A stretch of DNA of 60,167 bases from Bacilli bacterium (GTDB taxonomy: Bacteria > Bacillota_I > Bacilli_A > RF39 > UBA660). This document shows positions 49,840-60,167 of the stretch, in pieces. The stretch is from contig JAQWBL010000004.1 in the NCBI GenBank assembly GCA_028706395.1, positions 1 through 60,167 on the forward strand. The letters run 5' to 3'. Made by a program: the position numbers and the translations under genes. Position 1 is the first letter of the stretch. Every line of letters begins with the position of its first letter. The notes under the pieces were generated by a model. It searched no databases. It saw nothing but the letters and a program-made list of their open reading frames with translations, and was not told the origin of the DNA.

Positions 49840-50058
49840 CTAATTTTTTCTATAGGTTATTCGCCCACGTGTTAAATCGTATGTTGAGAGTTCTATAGTT
49901 ACCTTGTCACCTGCTGAAATGCGAATGTGATTCATTCGGATTTTACCAGAAACGTGGGCTATCACTATATGCTTATTTTCAAGTTCTACTCGAAATACTC
50001 CCCCTGGTAAAAGTTCTAAAACTTTACCTTCGACTTCTATTGTATCTTCTTTGGCCAT
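49840..50058 (-). CDS. infA: translation initiation factor IF-1
   Basis: 72 aa, [28 protein letters not shown]. Confidence 0.97.
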   Translation of the reverse strand: MAKEDTIEVEGKVLELLPGGVFRVELENKHIVIAHVSGKIRMNHIRISAGDKVTIELSTYDLTRGRITYRKN

Positions 50059-50062
50059 CGTA

Positions 50063-50809
50063 TCACCTCTTCGTTAAAATTTTAAATCCTTCTTTTGTTA
50101 CTAAGACTGTATGTTCAAAATGCGCTGACGGAGAATCATCTCCAGTGACAACGGTCCATTCGTCATCTCCCATAAATACTTCGCGTGTCCCTAAATTAAT
50201 CATTGGTTCAACAGCGATTACCATGCCTTCTTTTAAGATTGGACCAGTTCCTTGTACTCCATAATTAGGTACGTCGGGCATTTCATGAAGTTGAGTTCCA
50301 ACACCATGGCCAACCAGTTCTCTAACAACGCCCAAATTGAATTTTTTAATGTATTTTGATATTGCATAACCAATATCACCGACACGAGCTCCTGCTTTTA
50401 TTACATTTAATCCCTCATAAAGAGATTGTTCTGTATGTTCTAAAAGCATTTTTTTTTCGGTACTTATTTCTCCTACTGGATAAGTCCAAGCGGAATCCCC
50501 ATGGTATCCCTTGTAGCAAGCCCCAATGTCAATAGATATTATATCACCTTTTTGTAATTTACGGTTACTAGGAATTCCATGAACAACTTCTTCGTTTATA
50601 GATGTACAAATTGATGCGGGATATCCATCATAATCTTTAAAAGATGGAGTTGCGCCTGATTTGATTATAAATTTATAAGCTAGTTCATCTAATTCTTTAG
50701 TTGTAATACCTGGTTTAATATAAGGTTCTAAATGCCTATGAGTCTCGCCGACAATTCTACCCGCGATTTCCATTAATTCTATCTCATATGGTGTCTTAAT
50801 ACTAATCAT
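50063..50809 (-). CDS. map: type I methionine aminopeptidase
   Basis: The start [13 protein letters not shown] at 50809 overlaps the adk stop (ATGATTAG). The metal ligands lie in the DIGA, HGVG and EPM contexts. Confidence 0.93.
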   Translation of the reverse strand: MISIKTPYEIELMEIAGRIVGETHRHLEPYIKPGITTKELDELAYKFIIKSGATPSFKDYDGYPASICTSINEEVVHGIPSNRKLQKGDIISIDIGACYKGYHGDSAWTYPVGEISTEKKMLLEHTEQSLYEGLNVIKAGARVGDIGYAISKYIKKFNLGVVRELVGHGVGTQLHEMPDVPNYGVQGTGPILKEGMVIAVEPMINLGTREVFMGDDEWTVVTGDDSPSAHFEHTVLVTKEGFKILTKR

Positions 50810-51470
50810 TCTTATCACCATTATCTAATATATTAATTATTTGTTCAAAAGTGTGTTCTTTGCTTATTGAACTATCTATTTCATAAAGTTTATTTTGTTT
50901 TTTATAATACTCTATTAGTGGAACCGTTTCAGTTTTATATACTTGAAATCTTTTTTCAAAAACTTCTTTAGTATCATCATCCCGTTTAACTAATAAACCA
51001 TTACATTTATCACATATACCCTCTACTTTTGGTTTCGTTCCATCATACATGTAATTATATACAGTTTGACAATTACTACAAGTTAATCTTCCAACGATTC
51101 TTTTATATGCTTCTTCTATTGGTAAATTTAGATAGAAAACATAATCAATTTGACTTTTACTATCTTCTAATATTTTATCATAAAGAATAGCTTGATTAAC
51201 AGTTCTTGGAAATCCATCCAATATATAACCATTAATACAATCATTGTTACGCAGTCTTTTAAGTAATAGTTCAATAATAAGTGTATCACTTACCAAATTA
51301 CCTAAATCAATTTCCTTTTGAATTTGATGTCCTAAATCACTACCAGTTGCTATTTCATTTCTTAAAATAGATCCAGTTGAAATATGAGGAATGTTATATC
51401 TTTCAGAAATTATTTGCGATTGTGTCCCCTTACCAGCTGCTGGTGGGGCAACGAAGATTATATTTTTCAC
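50802..51470 (-). CDS. adk: adenylate kinase (Zn-lid type)
   Basis: 222 aa. The P-loop reads PPAAGKGTQ and the lid is CSNCQTVY...CDKCNG. Confidence 0.95.
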   Translation of the reverse strand: MKNIIFVAPPAAGKGTQSQIISERYNIPHISTGSILRNEIATGSDLGHQIQKEIDLGNLVSDTLIIELLLKRLRNNDCINGYILDGFPRTVNQAILYDKILEDSKSQIDYVFYLNLPIEEAYKRIVGRLTCSNCQTVYNYMYDGTKPKVEGICDKCNGLLVKRDDDTKEVFEKRFQVYKTETVPLIEYYKKQNKLYEIDSSISKEHTFEQIINILDNGDKND

Positions 51471-52732
51471 TTTCTTCGACCTCTACGTGTACGAGTAAAT
51501 GTACGACTTGTTAGTTGACTATCAATACTTTTATATGTTTCAAGTGCGACACCAATAACAATTAATACTCCAGTACCACCAATTGATACAGAAGATGGCA
51601 GATTTGAAATAAGACTAAATATAATTGGAAGACCTGCGATAATTGCAAGTGCCAGTGCACCAACAATTGTTAAACGATAAAGTGTTCCATTTATATAGTT
51701 GATTGTTTCTTCTCCTGGTCTTACACCGGGAACATATCCACCATTTTTTTGTAAGTTTTCAGCCATTTCTTTTGGTTTTAATTGTAAAAATGTATAAAAA
51801 TATGAGAATCCAACAATTAATAAAATGTATAGAATAAAGCCAGTTGGACTATCCATTGCTACATAATTTTCTATAAACTCACCATATTTAGGATTTTTAA
51901 TAAGTCCTACAAAAATAGCCGGAATTGATAATAATGATGATGCGAAAATAACAGGTATTACTCCAGCAGAATTTAATTTAAATGGAATATAATTTTGTTT
52001 TCCTAATGTACTTGTAGATTTATTAGCATATTGAATTTGAATTCTTCTTTCAGCTGTTTGCTCAAAAATGATTCCAATTACAATAAGTAAGTAAATAACG
52101 ATAAAGACAATAAACATAACTATTCCCCACACAGATCCACTTTCAGTGAAACTTTGAAATGCTTGATAAAACATTGAAGGAAGACTTGCAATAATACCAG
52201 TCATGATAATTAATGATATACCATTTCCAATTCCTTTAGTAGTGATTTGATCACCCATCCAAAGTAATAAAGCGGTACCTGCTGTTAGAACAGTAGCAAA
52301 TTGCATGTATTCTAATACAGTTCCTGTCTTAATAAAAGCAAATGACATTATATAACCTTGAATAAAGGCTAAAACAATACCAACTACTCTAGTGATTTTA
52401 TTTATTTTAACTCTACCTGTATGTCCTTCTTTAGCTAAATCTGCTAAATAAGGAATTATATCCATTTGCGCTAATTGGATGATAATTGATGCAGTGATAT
52501 AAGGCATAACCCCAAGTCCAAAAATTGAAAATTGAGCCATTGCCCCTCCACCCATAACATTAATTAATTCCAAAAAGCCTAAACTATTTGTTCCTAATTG
52601 TGCTGAATCAACACCAGGAACAATAATTGTTGTACCTAATTTAAATACGAATAAGGAAAAAAACGTAAAAATTATTTTCTTTTGTAAATCCTTATTCTTG
52701 GGATTAAATATTTGCTTAAAGTTTGCAAACAC
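51467..52732 (-). CDS. secY: preprotein translocase subunit SecY
   Basis: 421 aa, 10-TM pattern, in the canonical position between rplO and adk. Confidence 0.95.
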   Translation of the reverse strand: MFANFKQIFNPKNKDLQKKIIFTFFSLFVFKLGTTIIVPGVDSAQLGTNSLGFLELINVMGGGAMAQFSIFGLGVMPYITASIIIQLAQMDIIPYLADLAKEGHTGRVKINKITRVVGIVLAFIQGYIMSFAFIKTGTVLEYMQFATVLTAGTALLLWMGDQITTKGIGNGISLIIMTGIIASLPSMFYQAFQSFTESGSVWGIVMFIVFIVIYLLIVIGIIFEQTAERRIQIQYANKSTSTLGKQNYIPFKLNSAGVIPVIFASSLLSIPAIFVGLIKNPKYGEFIENYVAMDSPTGFILYILLIVGFSYFYTFLQLKPKEMAENLQKNGGYVPGVRPGEETINYINGTLYRLTIVGALALAIIAGLPIIFSLISNLPSSVSIGGTGVLIVIGVALETYKSIDSQLTSRTFTRTRRGRRK

Positions 52733-52733
52733 T

Positions 52734-53177
52734 TTAGATCACCTCTGCTTTTCCACCTAATTTTTCTATTTTTGATAGTGCTGTATCAGAAAATTTATGT
52801 GCTTTAACATGTAATTTTTTTTCTAAAGTACCATTTCCCAATACTTTTATTCCATTTAATTGTTTTTTAACTAAACCCATTTCTTTTAATAATTCTGGTG
52901 TAACAATTGCTCCATCTTCAAAATTATTTAAATCACTTAAATTAATAACAGCGTAAACTGTTTTAAATGGTGCATTAGAAAATCCTCTTTTAGGAAGTCT
53001 TCTAAATAATGGTGTTTGACCACCCTCAAATCCTGGTCTAACTCCTCCACCACTTCTAGCATTTTGTCCCTTTTCACCTTTTCCACTTGTTTTTCCTAAA
53101 CCGCTTCCTGGTCCACGTCCAACTCTTTTACGAGTTTTGGTAGAACCTGGATTTGGATATAAATTATGTAATTTCAT
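52734..53177 (-). CDS. rplO: 50S ribosomal protein L15
   Basis: The start [22 protein letters not shown] at 53177 lies 1 nt after the rpsE stop. Confidence 0.93.
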   Translation of the reverse strand: MKLHNLYPNPGSTKTRKRVGRGPGSGLGKTSGKGEKGQNARSGGGVRPGFEGGQTPLFRRLPKRGFSNAPFKTVYAVINLSDLNNFEDGAIVTPELLKEMGLVKKQLNGIKVLGNGTLEKKLHVKAHKFSDTALSKIEKLGGKAEVI

Positions 53178-53178
53178 A

Positions 53179-53685
53179 TTATATAATCTCCTCCACTTTC
53201 TTACCACGTAGGGCTGCAATTTGTTCAACAGTTTTTTGTGATTTTAAGGCATTAAGGGTTGCATGTGCCATATTGATTTTAGTGCTTGAACCAAGTGATT
53301 TAGATAAAATATCTTTAATTCCAGCCATTTCTAATACTGAACGAACAGGTCCACCTGCTTTAACTCCAGTACCTTTTAATGCTGGTTTTAATAATACTTT
53401 ACTAGCTCCTTGAACTCCAAGTGCTTCATGAGGGATTGTTCTTTCATCAACAATAGCTACTTTAATAATGTTTTTAGTTGCTGCTTGAACAGCTTTCTTA
53501 ATAGCATCTGGTACTTCATTAGCTTTACCAACGCCTAGTCCAACTAGACCTTTGCGATCGCCAACTACTACTAGTGCTGAGAAACGGAAATTACGACCAC
53601 CTTTTGTTACCTTTGTAACACGACCGATGTGGATTACTTCTTCATCGTATTGCTTAGGGCGTGGTTCTCTTCTTTTGTATTCCAT
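53179..53685 (-). CDS. rpsE: 30S ribosomal protein S5
   Basis: 168 aa, with [21 protein letters not shown]. Confidence 0.97.
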   Translation of the reverse strand: MEYKRREPRPKQYDEEVIHIGRVTKVTKGGRNFRFSALVVVGDRKGLVGLGVGKANEVPDAIKKAVQAATKNIIKVAIVDERTIPHEALGVQGASKVLLKPALKGTGVKAGGPVRSVLEMAGIKDILSKSLGSSTKINMAHATLNALKSQKTVEQIAALRGKKVEEII

Positions 53686-53697
53686 TCATTAACCTCC

Positions 53698-54060
53698 TTA
53701 GAATTTTAATCCATTTTGACGTGCAGCTTCAGCTAATTCTTTTACACGTCCATGATATAGGTATCCACCTCTATCAAATTTTACTTCAACAATTTTTGCT
53801 TCTTTTGCTCTCTTAGCAAGTAATTCTCCTACTTTAATAGCAGCTTCTGTATTGCCACCATTTTCAAGTTTTAATTCTTTATCAATAGAAGAAGCACTTA
53901 CTAATGTTACTGCATTTTCATCATCAATGATTTGTGCAAAAATATTATTGTTTGATCTAAACACATTAAGTCTTGGTATACTAGGTGTTCCACTTAATTT
54001 ACTTCTAACTCTTTCATGTCTAGCTTTTCGTACTTCATTACGAGATACTTTTTTTATCAT
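53698..54060 (-). CDS. rplR: 50S ribosomal protein L18
   Basis: 120 aa, with [15 protein letters not shown] and [16 protein letters not shown]. Confidence 0.97.
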   Translation of the reverse strand: MIKKVSRNEVRKARHERVRSKLSGTPSIPRLNVFRSNNNIFAQIIDDENAVTLVSASSIDKELKLENGGNTEAAIKVGELLAKRAKEAKIVEVKFDRGGYLYHGRVKELAEAARQNGLKF

Positions 54061-54084
54061 AGTAAATCTCTCCTTTACTTTCGA

Positions 54085-54618
54085 TTACTTAGCAGCTTTT
54101 TTACCAGCTTTACGGATAACAACTTCGTCTTTATAACGAATTCCTTTACCTTTATAAGGTTCTGGTTTTCTAATCTTGCGAATATTTGCTGCGAATTCTC
54201 CGACAAGACATTTATCAATACCTTTTATAACTAATTGAGTATTACTTGGGGCTTCAACAGAAATTCCTGCTGGTATTTCCATTTCCACTGGATGTGAGAA
54301 ACCAGCTGCAACTACTAATGTATTACCTTTTAATGTAAAACGGTATCCTACACCAATTGCTTCTAATTTTTTCTCAAAACCTTGAGTTACTCCTTCAATC
54401 ATATTACTAATGTTAGCATTTGCTGTTCCATGAAAGTTTTTAAAATTTTCATTACGAGCAACAACTTTTAATTCAGTTTCATTGATTTCAACTGTAATAT
54501 TGCGATTAATCTCGGTAGAAAGTTCACCTTTGGGACCTTTAACACTTACAATATTACCGTTAACTGATACTGTAACATTTTCTGGTATTGTTATTATTCT
54601 ATTTCCAATACGACTCAT
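54085..54618 (-). CDS. rplF: 50S ribosomal protein L6
   Basis: 177 aa, MSRIGNRIITIPENVTV. Confidence 0.97.
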   Translation of the reverse strand: MSRIGNRIITIPENVTVSVNGNIVSVKGPKGELSTEINRNITVEINETELKVVARNENFKNFHGTANANISNMIEGVTQGFEKKLEAIGVGYRFTLKGNTLVVAAGFSHPVEMEIPAGISVEAPSNTQLVIKGIDKCLVGEFAANIRKIRKPEPYKGKGIRYKDEVVIRKAGKKAAK

Positions 54619-54633
54619 ATAATCTCCTACTTT

Positions 54634-55032
54634 CTACCAAATGTATGCTAATACTTCGCCACCAAGAGATTTTTCTCTAGCTTGTTTATCAGTAACAACA
54701 CCACTTGATGTTGAGATGATTGCAATTCCTAGACCACTTAAAACTTTTGGTAAGTCTGTTGATTTAGCATAAACTCTTAATCCTGGTTTTGAAATTCTCT
54801 TTAAACCAGTAATTACACGTTCTTTATTTTGTCCATATTTTAAATTTAGGACAATTATATTTTGAATATTATTTTCTTTGATTTGATAATCACTTATAAA
54901 TCCTTCTTCTTTTAATATTCTTGCTATTTCTAACTTTATTTTTGAAGCGGGTACTTCAACTTCTTTATATCGCATTTGATTTGCATTACGAATTCTTGTA
55001 AGCATATCTGCAATTGGATCATTAACTACCAT
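54634..55032 (-). CDS. rpsH: 30S ribosomal protein S8
   Basis: 132 aa, [13 protein letters not shown]. Confidence 0.97.
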   Translation of the reverse strand: MVVNDPIADMLTRIRNANQMRYKEVEVPASKIKLEIARILKEEGFISDYQIKENNIQNIIVLNLKYGQNKERVITGLKRISKPGLRVYAKSTDLPKVLSGLGIAIISTSSGVVTDKQAREKSLGGEVLAYIW

Positions 55033-55050
55033 AAATATCCTCCCTTCAAT

Positions 55051-55236
55051 TTACCAGCTTGATTTTTTAACGCCTGGTATTTGTCCTTTATATGCTAGTT
55101 CTCTAAAACAAATACGGCAAATTCCATATTTTTGTAAAACCGCATGTGGTCTTCCACATCTTTTACAACGCGTATATTCACGTACTTTGAATTTTGGTTT
55201 TCTACTAGCTTGTATAACTTTGCTTTTTTTAGCCAT
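55051..55236 (-). CDS. rpsN: 30S ribosomal protein S14 type Z (zinc-binding)
   Basis: 61 aa from [16 protein letters not shown], with CKRCGRP...CRIC. Confidence 0.93.
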   Translation of the reverse strand: MAKKSKVIQASRKPKFKVREYTRCKRCGRPHAVLQKYGICRICFRELAYKGQIPGVKKSSW

Positions 55237-55255
55237 AATATCCTCCTTTTTAGAG

Positions 55256-55795
55256 TTACTTCTTAAACGGCATACCAAAGCCTTTTAAGAGATCGTACGA
55301 TTCTTCGTTTGTTTTTGCAGTTGTTACAAAAACAATATCCATACCACGTACTTTAACAACATTATCATATTCTATTTCTGAAAAAATTAATTGTTCTGTT
55401 AGTCCTAATGTATAATTTCCACGTCCATCAAAAGCTTTTGATGATATTCCTCTAAAGTCCCTAACACGAGGTAATGTAATACTAATTAATTTATCTAAAA
55501 AGTTGTACATATTTTCTCCTCTTAGGGTTACTTTACAACCAATTGCTTGACCTTCTCTCAATTTAAATCCAGCAATCGCTTTTTTAGCTTTAGTTGTAAC
55601 TGGTTTTTGTCCAGTAATTGCTTCAAGATCTCTTAATGCTCCTTCAAGCATTTTTGAATTATGAGATGCATCACCAACACCAATATTAACAACTATTTTA
55701 TCTATTTTAGGCACTTCCATAACAGATTTATAATTATACTTTTCCATTAAACTAGGTATGATTTCTTTATTATATTTTTCTTTTAGGCGGTTCAC
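55256..55795 (-). CDS. rplE: 50S ribosomal protein L5
   Basis: The GTG start at 55795 lies 7 nt after AAGGAGG and gives (M)[13 protein letters not shown]. The longer TTG start in the track would contain that RBS. Confidence 0.93.
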   Translation of the reverse strand: MNRLKEKYNKEIIPSLMEKYNYKSVMEVPKIDKIVVNIGVGDASHNSKMLEGALRDLEAITGQKPVTTKAKKAIAGFKLREGQAIGCKVTLRGENMYNFLDKLISITLPRVRDFRGISSKAFDGRGNYTLGLTEQLIFSEIEYDNVVKVRGMDIVFVTTAKTNEESYDLLKGFGMPFKK

Positions 55796-55813
55796 TATAT
55801 ACCCTCCTTCCAA

Positions 55814-56122
55814 TTAATCAATACTCTCGTTTGATTTTTTACTTATTCTTATTTTTTTATTGTTTTTATCGATTGTATGTCCTATTCTGGTTCTTTTTTT
55901 AGTTTTAGGATCAAGAATCATAACATTAGAAGCATGAATTGGAGCTTCCATTTCAATAATACTACCTGGTGTTTGTCCGTCTGATTTTTTATGTCTTTTA
56001 ATAATATTAACATTCTCAACCACAACTTTATTATCATCACGTAATATCTTTGTTATTTTTCCTTCTTTTCCTCTATCTTTACCAGCAATAACAACAACTT
56101 TATCTCCTGTTTTAAAGTTCAT
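55814..56122 (-). CDS. rplX: 50S ribosomal protein L24
   Basis: 102 aa, with KTGDKVVVIAGKDRGKEG. Confidence 0.95.
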   Translation of the reverse strand: MNFKTGDKVVVIAGKDRGKEGKITKILRDDNKVVVENVNIIKRHKKSDGQTPGSIIEMEAPIHASNVMILDPKTKKRTRIGHTIDKNNKKIRISKKSNESID

Positions 56123-56132
56123 GTTCTACCTC

Positions 56133-56501
56133 CTATAACACTTCTTTAGCAAGTGATATAATTTTCATATAATTTTTTTCACGCAGTTCACGTGCAACTG
56201 GTCCGAAAATACGAGTTCCAACAGGACTTTTATCATCTTTAATAATAACGCAAGCATTATCATCAAACTTAATATAAGATCCATCTTCTCTCCTTAGACC
56301 AAATTTGCTTCTAACAATTACAGCCTTTACAACTTTTCCTTTTTTTACTGTACCATTAGGAGTTGCTTTCTTTACAGTTCCAACAACTATATCACCAATA
56401 TTTCCCGTTCTAACATGACTTCCACCTAATACACGAATAACTCCAAGTTCACGTGCACCAGAATTGTCAGCTACTTTTAAACGGCTTTCTTGTTGAATCA
56501 T
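56133..56501 (-). CDS. rplN: 50S ribosomal protein L14
   Basis: 122 aa, [16 protein letters not shown]. Confidence 0.97.
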   Translation of the reverse strand: MIQQESRLKVADNSGARELGVIRVLGGSHVRTGNIGDIVVGTVKKATPNGTVKKGKVVKAVIVRSKFGLRREDGSYIKFDDNACVIIKDDKSPVGTRIFGPVARELREKNYMKIISLAKEVL

Positions 56502-56529
56502 ATATTAATCCTCCTTTATCAGTTTTCAA

Positions 56530-56790
56530 CTATATAATAATTGATTTTTCTAAAATTTCTGCTAAACGATAATGTTTTGATCTTGATATTGGTCTTGTTT
56601 CAACTATACGAACTTTATCTCCTACTTTTGCTTCATTCTTTTCATCATGAACAGCATATTTTTTAGAGTTTTTAACACGCTTACCGTATAATTTTGCATT
56701 CTTGTAAGTTTCTACCAACACTGTTATCGATTTATCATTTTTATCGCTTACAACTTTTCCTATTAATTCATGAGTTCTTTTATCTTTCAT
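56530..56790 (-). CDS. rpsQ: 30S ribosomal protein S17
   Basis: 86 aa, with [17 protein letters not shown]. Confidence 0.95.
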   Translation of the reverse strand: MKDKRTHELIGKVVSDKNDKSITVLVETYKNAKLYGKRVKNSKKYAVHDEKNEAKVGDKVRIVETRPISRSKHYRLAEILEKSIII

Positions 56791-56800
56791 AATGCCCTCC

Positions 56801-56995
56801 TTAATTTCCTAGTTCACGTTCGCGTAGTATGGTTTTCATACGAGCTACTAATTTTCTTAATTCTCTTATTCTAGAAGGCTTTTCAAGATTCCCAGTAGCT
56901 TGGCTGAAACGTAAATTAAATAATTCTTCTTTATATTCTTCGATTTTTTTTGTGATTTCTTCGCTTGAAAGATTTCTTATTTCATCAATTTTCAT
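56801..56995 (-). CDS. rpmC: 50S ribosomal protein L29
   Basis: The start [14 protein letters not shown] at 56995 overlaps the rplP TGA stop by 11 nt. Confidence 0.93.
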   Translation of the reverse strand: MKIDEIRNLSSEEITKKIEEYKEELFNLRFSQATGNLEKPSRIRELRKLVARMKTILRERELGN

Positions 56996-57416
56996 TAGCT
57001 TCACCACTTTCCTTTTTTACAAATTTACATTTGATTGGTAATTTGTGCATTGCTAAACGTAATGCTTCACGTGCAACATCTTCACTAACTCCATCTATTT
57101 CAAACATAATTTTTCCTCTTTTAACAACAGCTACCCATTTATCTGGTTGCCCTTTACCTTTACCCATACGAGTTTCTAAAGGAATGCTAGTTAATGATAA
57201 GTGTGGGAAAATGTTAATCCAAACTTTTCCTCCTCTTTTCATATAACGAGTCATTGCAACACGCGCAGCTTCAATTTGTTGTTGAGTAATCCAAGCACCT
57301 TCCATTGCTTTTAATCCGTATGAACCAAAATGTAATTCAACATTACCTTTTGCTTCGCCTTCATAACTAATACGGTGTGGCTTACGATACTTTGTCTTTT
57401 TTGGTATTACTGCCAT
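56985..57416 (-). CDS. rplP: 50S ribosomal protein L16
   Basis: 143 aa, with [11 protein letters not shown]. The stop is TGA. Confidence 0.95.
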   Translation of the reverse strand: MAVIPKKTKYRKPHRISYEGEAKGNVELHFGSYGLKAMEGAWITQQQIEAARVAMTRYMKRGGKVWINIFPHLSLTSIPLETRMGKGKGQPDKWVAVVKRGKIMFEIDGVSEDVAREALRLAMHKLPIKCKFVKKESGEANEN

Positions 57417-58071
57417 CTGTATTACCTCCCTTATTTTTCTTTTCAGGAAGGATTTCTCCTTTATATATCCATACTTTTACACCGATTTTACCAAAAGTTG
57501 TATCAGCTTCTTTATGAGCATAATCTACATCTGCTCTTAAAGTATGAAGTGGAATCATTCCTTCTGTATAACCTTCAGTTCTTGCCATATCAGCACCACC
57601 TAAACGTCCTGCTACTGAAGTCTTAATTCCTTTTGCTCCTGCTTTCATTGTGTTTCTAATTGCTCTTTTTTGAGCAACTCTAAATGAAACACGGTTTTCA
57701 ATTTGTTTTGCAATGTCCTCTGCTACTAAAGCAGCATCAATATTAGGATTTTTAATTTCCATAATTGAAATTTGAACATTTTCATCTACTAATTTAGCTA
57801 ATTTTTTTCTAGTTTTTTCAATTTCTTCCCCACCGTGACCAATTACAACACCAGGTTTAGCAGTGTTAATAATTACTTCGGTTTTGTTAGGTGTTCTTTC
57901 AATTAGAACACTTGAAACTGCTGCGTCTTTGAACTTCTTTTCTAAAAATTCACGGATTTTAATGTCGTTAACTAGAAATTTAGAAAAATCTTTATTTCCA
58001 GCATACCATTTTGATTGCCATGTTTTATTAATACCTATTCTAAGTCCAATCGGACTAACTTTCTGACCCAT
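57382..58071 (-). CDS. rpsC: 30S ribosomal protein S3
   Basis: 229 aa, [18 protein letters not shown]. The basic C-terminal tail overlaps the rplP start by 35 nt. Confidence 0.95.
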   Translation of the reverse strand: MGQKVSPIGLRIGINKTWQSKWYAGNKDFSKFLVNDIKIREFLEKKFKDAAVSSVLIERTPNKTEVIINTAKPGVVIGHGGEEIEKTRKKLAKLVDENVQISIMEIKNPNIDAALVAEDIAKQIENRVSFRVAQKRAIRNTMKAGAKGIKTSVAGRLGGADMARTEGYTEGMIPLHTLRADVDYAHKEADTTFGKIGVKVWIYKGEILPEKKNKGGNTDGSNTKKDKVS

Positions 58072-58087
58072 CAGTTACCTCCTTTGC

Positions 58088-58423
58088 CTATTTTTCATCA
58101 CTTACAATTATTGTAATATGACTTGTTCTTTTCTTAATTGGATCCACGTGTCCACGAGAACCAAATCTCATTCTTTTCATTGTTTGACCTTCGTCAACTA
58201 ATGCAGTTTTAACATATAAGTTTTCTTTTTTTAATTCTAAATTATTTTCAGCATTTGCTACAGCTGAAGTTAATACTTTATGAATTAGACGTGCAGCTTC
58301 TTTATTTAAATTCTTTAAAATAACATCTGCATCAGATACGCTCTTACCACGTACCAAATCTATAACTAAACGAGCTTTACGAGGTGCTATTCTAACACTT
58401 TTTGCAATCGCTTTCGCTTCCAT
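58088..58423 (-). CDS. rplV: 50S ribosomal protein L22
   Basis: 111 aa, with VRIAPRKARLVIDLVRGK. Confidence 0.97.
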   Translation of the reverse strand: MEAKAIAKSVRIAPRKARLVIDLVRGKSVSDADVILKNLNKEAARLIHKVLTSAVANAENNLELKKENLYVKTALVDEGQTMKRMRFGSRGHVDPIKKRTSHITIIVSDEK

Positions 58424-58445
58424 TTTAGTCCTCCTCCCTGGCTAA

Positions 58446-58718
58446 TTATTTTTTCTTCTTGTCATCGCCATGTCCACCAAATTTACGAGTTGGTGCGAAT
58501 TCACCTAATTTGTGTCCAACCATATCTTCCGTTACATAAACAGGAATAAATTCTTTACCATTATGAACAGCAAATGTGTGTCCGATAAATTCAGGATAAA
58601 TCGTTGAACGGCGAGACCATGTTTTAATGACTTCTTTTTTCCCAGAACCACTGATTCTTTTTACTTTATCCATTAAATGACTATCAATAAAAGGTCCTTT
58701 TTTTAAACTTCTTGCCAT
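58446..58718 (-). CDS. rpsS: 30S ribosomal protein S19
   Basis: 90 aa, [12 protein letters not shown]. Confidence 0.97.
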   Translation of the reverse strand: MARSLKKGPFIDSHLMDKVKRISGSGKKEVIKTWSRRSTIYPEFIGHTFAVHNGKEFIPVYVTEDMVGHKLGEFAPTRKFGGHGDDKKKK

Positions 58719-58735
58719 TTAAACCATCCTTTCAA

Positions 58736-59566
58736 TTATTTTTTACGACGACGAACAATTAATTTGTTTGAAGCTTTTTTCGTGTCGCGAGTTTTTAAAC
58801 CAAGAGCTGGTTTACCCCATGGAGTAACAGGTCCTTTACGACCAATAGGTGCACGACCTTCTCCACCACCGTGAGGGTGATCATTAGGGTTCATTACAGA
58901 ACCACGAACTGTTGGTCTAATACCTAAATGTCTTTTACGACCAGCTTTACCTAAGTTAATTAATTCGTGATCTTTATTTCCAACTTCACCAATAGTTGCA
59001 CGACAAGTTCCTAAAACTTTACGAACTTCTCCACTTCTTAAGCGAAGTAATGTGTATTTTCCTTCATGTCCTAATATTTGAACTGACGAACCAGCTGAAC
59101 GAGCCATTTGAGCTCCTTTTCCTGGTTTTAATTCAACATTATGAACCATTGTTCCTTCTGGAATATTTTCAAGTGGTAAACTATTTCCAATTTTGATATC
59201 AACGTTTACTCCACTTTCAATTTTGTCTCCTACGTTTAAATTATTAGGAGCGATGATATATCTTTTTTCACCATCTTTATAATTTATTAAAGCTATATTT
59301 GCTGTTCTGTTGGGATCGTATTCAATTGAAGCAACAGTTCCTTCAACACCGTCTTTATCTCTTCTAAAATCAATAATACGATATTTTCTTTTAGCACCGC
59401 CACCGCGATGTCTAACTGTGATTCTACCATGATTATTACGACCACCTGATTTTTTTAATGTTACAACCAATGATTTTTCAGGAGTTGTTTTTGTAATTTC
59501 TGTATTTTGTACAGTTGTCATCCCACGAGTACCATTAGTTATAGGTTTATATGTTTTAATCGCCAT
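58736..59566 (-). CDS. rplB: 50S ribosomal protein L2
   Basis: 276 aa, with [14 protein letters not shown]. Confidence 0.97.
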   Translation of the reverse strand: MAIKTYKPITNGTRGMTTVQNTEITKTTPEKSLVVTLKKSGGRNNHGRITVRHRGGGAKRKYRIIDFRRDKDGVEGTVASIEYDPNRTANIALINYKDGEKRYIIAPNNLNVGDKIESGVNVDIKIGNSLPLENIPEGTMVHNVELKPGKGAQMARSAGSSVQILGHEGKYTLLRLRSGEVRKVLGTCRATIGEVGNKDHELINLGKAGRKRHLGIRPTVRGSVMNPNDHPHGGGEGRAPIGRKGPVTPWGKPALGLKTRDTKKASNKLIVRRRKK

Positions 59567-59583
59567 ATTAATCCTCCTTCAAA

Positions 59584-59868
59584 TTATTGAAGTTCAATTG
59601 AACTTCCTTCACTTAATTTAACCATTGCTTTTTTGACTTTATTAGTCTTACCGTAGTAACGACCAACTCTTTTTTTCTTTGGTTTAACATTGATAATATT
59701 TACACTATCAACTTTAACATTAAAAATCTTTTCAACAGCTTGTTTGATTTGTACTTTATTAGCCCTAATATCAACACTAAATGTGTAAGTATTATTATTT
59801 GTAGCTAAAGTACTACTTTTTTCAGTAATAATTGGTGCTTTAATAATATCTCTATAATTACTCATCAT
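59584..59868 (-). CDS. rplW: 50S ribosomal protein L23
   Basis: 94 aa, with [12 protein letters not shown]. Confidence 0.95.
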   Translation of the reverse strand: MMSNYRDIIKAPIITEKSSTLATNNNTYTFSVDIRANKVQIKQAVEKIFNVKVDSVNIINVKPKKKRVGRYYGKTNKVKKAMVKLSEGSSIELQ

Positions 59869-60167
59869 TAGACAAGCACCTCCTCTATAGCTTTTACTGC
59901 ATCAACAGTAATAACCATTTTATCAGCACTGATGATATCAAGTGTGTTTATTTCATCAGCTTGTAACAACATAATATTTGTTAAATTTCTTGTAGCAAGA
60001 ATTAAATTATCACTTAACTCTTCAACAACAATTAATGTTTTTACATTAGTAATTCCTAATTTTTCTAATGTTTGAATCATATCCTTTGTTTTTAAACTTT
60101 CAACATTAAAGTTTTCAACAATAATTAATTCACTATTAATCGCTTTGTACGCAAGCGCTGATTTAAG
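59868..60167 (-). CDS. rplD: 50S ribosomal protein L4, C-terminal part (gene runs off the right edge)
   Basis: The frame stays open to the window edge. The C-terminal sequence ...[45 protein letters not shown] and the position before rplW support the call. Confidence 0.85.
   Translation of the reverse strand, partial: LKSALAYKAINSELIIVENFNVESLKTKDMIQTLEKLGITNVKTLIVVEELSDNLILATRNLTNIMLLQADEINTLDIISADKMVITVDAVKAIEEVLV

Noticed and set aside
56985-56987. The possibility of a Mollicutes-type code (TGA = Trp), given the very AT-rich DNA.
   Set aside because: TGA acts as the stop of rplP (56985..56987) and pcrA (11996..11998) at positions consistent with homologue lengths. The long ORFs are uninterrupted under the standard code.
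47663-60080. Numerous plus-strand ORFs of 60-115 aa across the ribosomal operons, for example 47663..48010, 53153..53413, 53852..54136, 56829..57041, 57375..57626 and 58996..59196.
   Set aside because: All are antisense to highly conserved ribosomal, rpoA or secY genes. They lack RBSs and have the skewed composition expected from antisense reading.

Overview
This is a strongly AT-rich Bacillota (Firmicutes)-type chromosomal segment, judged by eye rather than computed. It uses the standard genetic code, since TGA terminates pcrA and rplP. Nearly all genes are on the minus strand.

From left to right the window holds:
- The 5' part of valS, preceded by an HD-domain gene and a T-box leader.
- A glycine-rich surface protein and a polysaccharide deacetylase.
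- A spoVID/ysxE-like sporulation pair, then lonA, ligA, galU and pcrA.
- A small accessory patch with a Fic toxin-like module.
- A plus-strand ABC importer operon (binding protein, ATPase, permease).
- A small secreted metzincin cluster and a Cys-rich micro-ORF.
- The rimP-nusA-ylxR-infB-rbfA operon.
- Assorted membrane and redox genes (CPBP protease, metallophosphoesterase, desulfoferrodoxin, P-type ATPase, SDR).
- An orphan five-gene ABC-2-like cluster.
- The alpha, spc and distal S10 ribosomal operons, from rplQ through to a partial rplD.

The standout observation is that the ABC ATPase gene is cleanly split by an 11,981-bp insertion. The insertion is bounded by a 7-bp direct repeat (AGTGAAG) and carries a large serine recombinase at one end. 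Its only cargo is a translationally coupled operon: a 2554-aa cyclic beta-1,2-glucan-synthase-like giant protein (GT84-like, glucoamylase-like middle and GH94 domains), glucose-6-phosphate isomerase and phosphoglucomutase. No phage or conjugation genes are visible.

The spoVID/ysxE-like genes suggest a spore-former, so a skin-like developmentally excised element is a testable hypothesis. I saw no rRNA, tRNA or CRISPR array.
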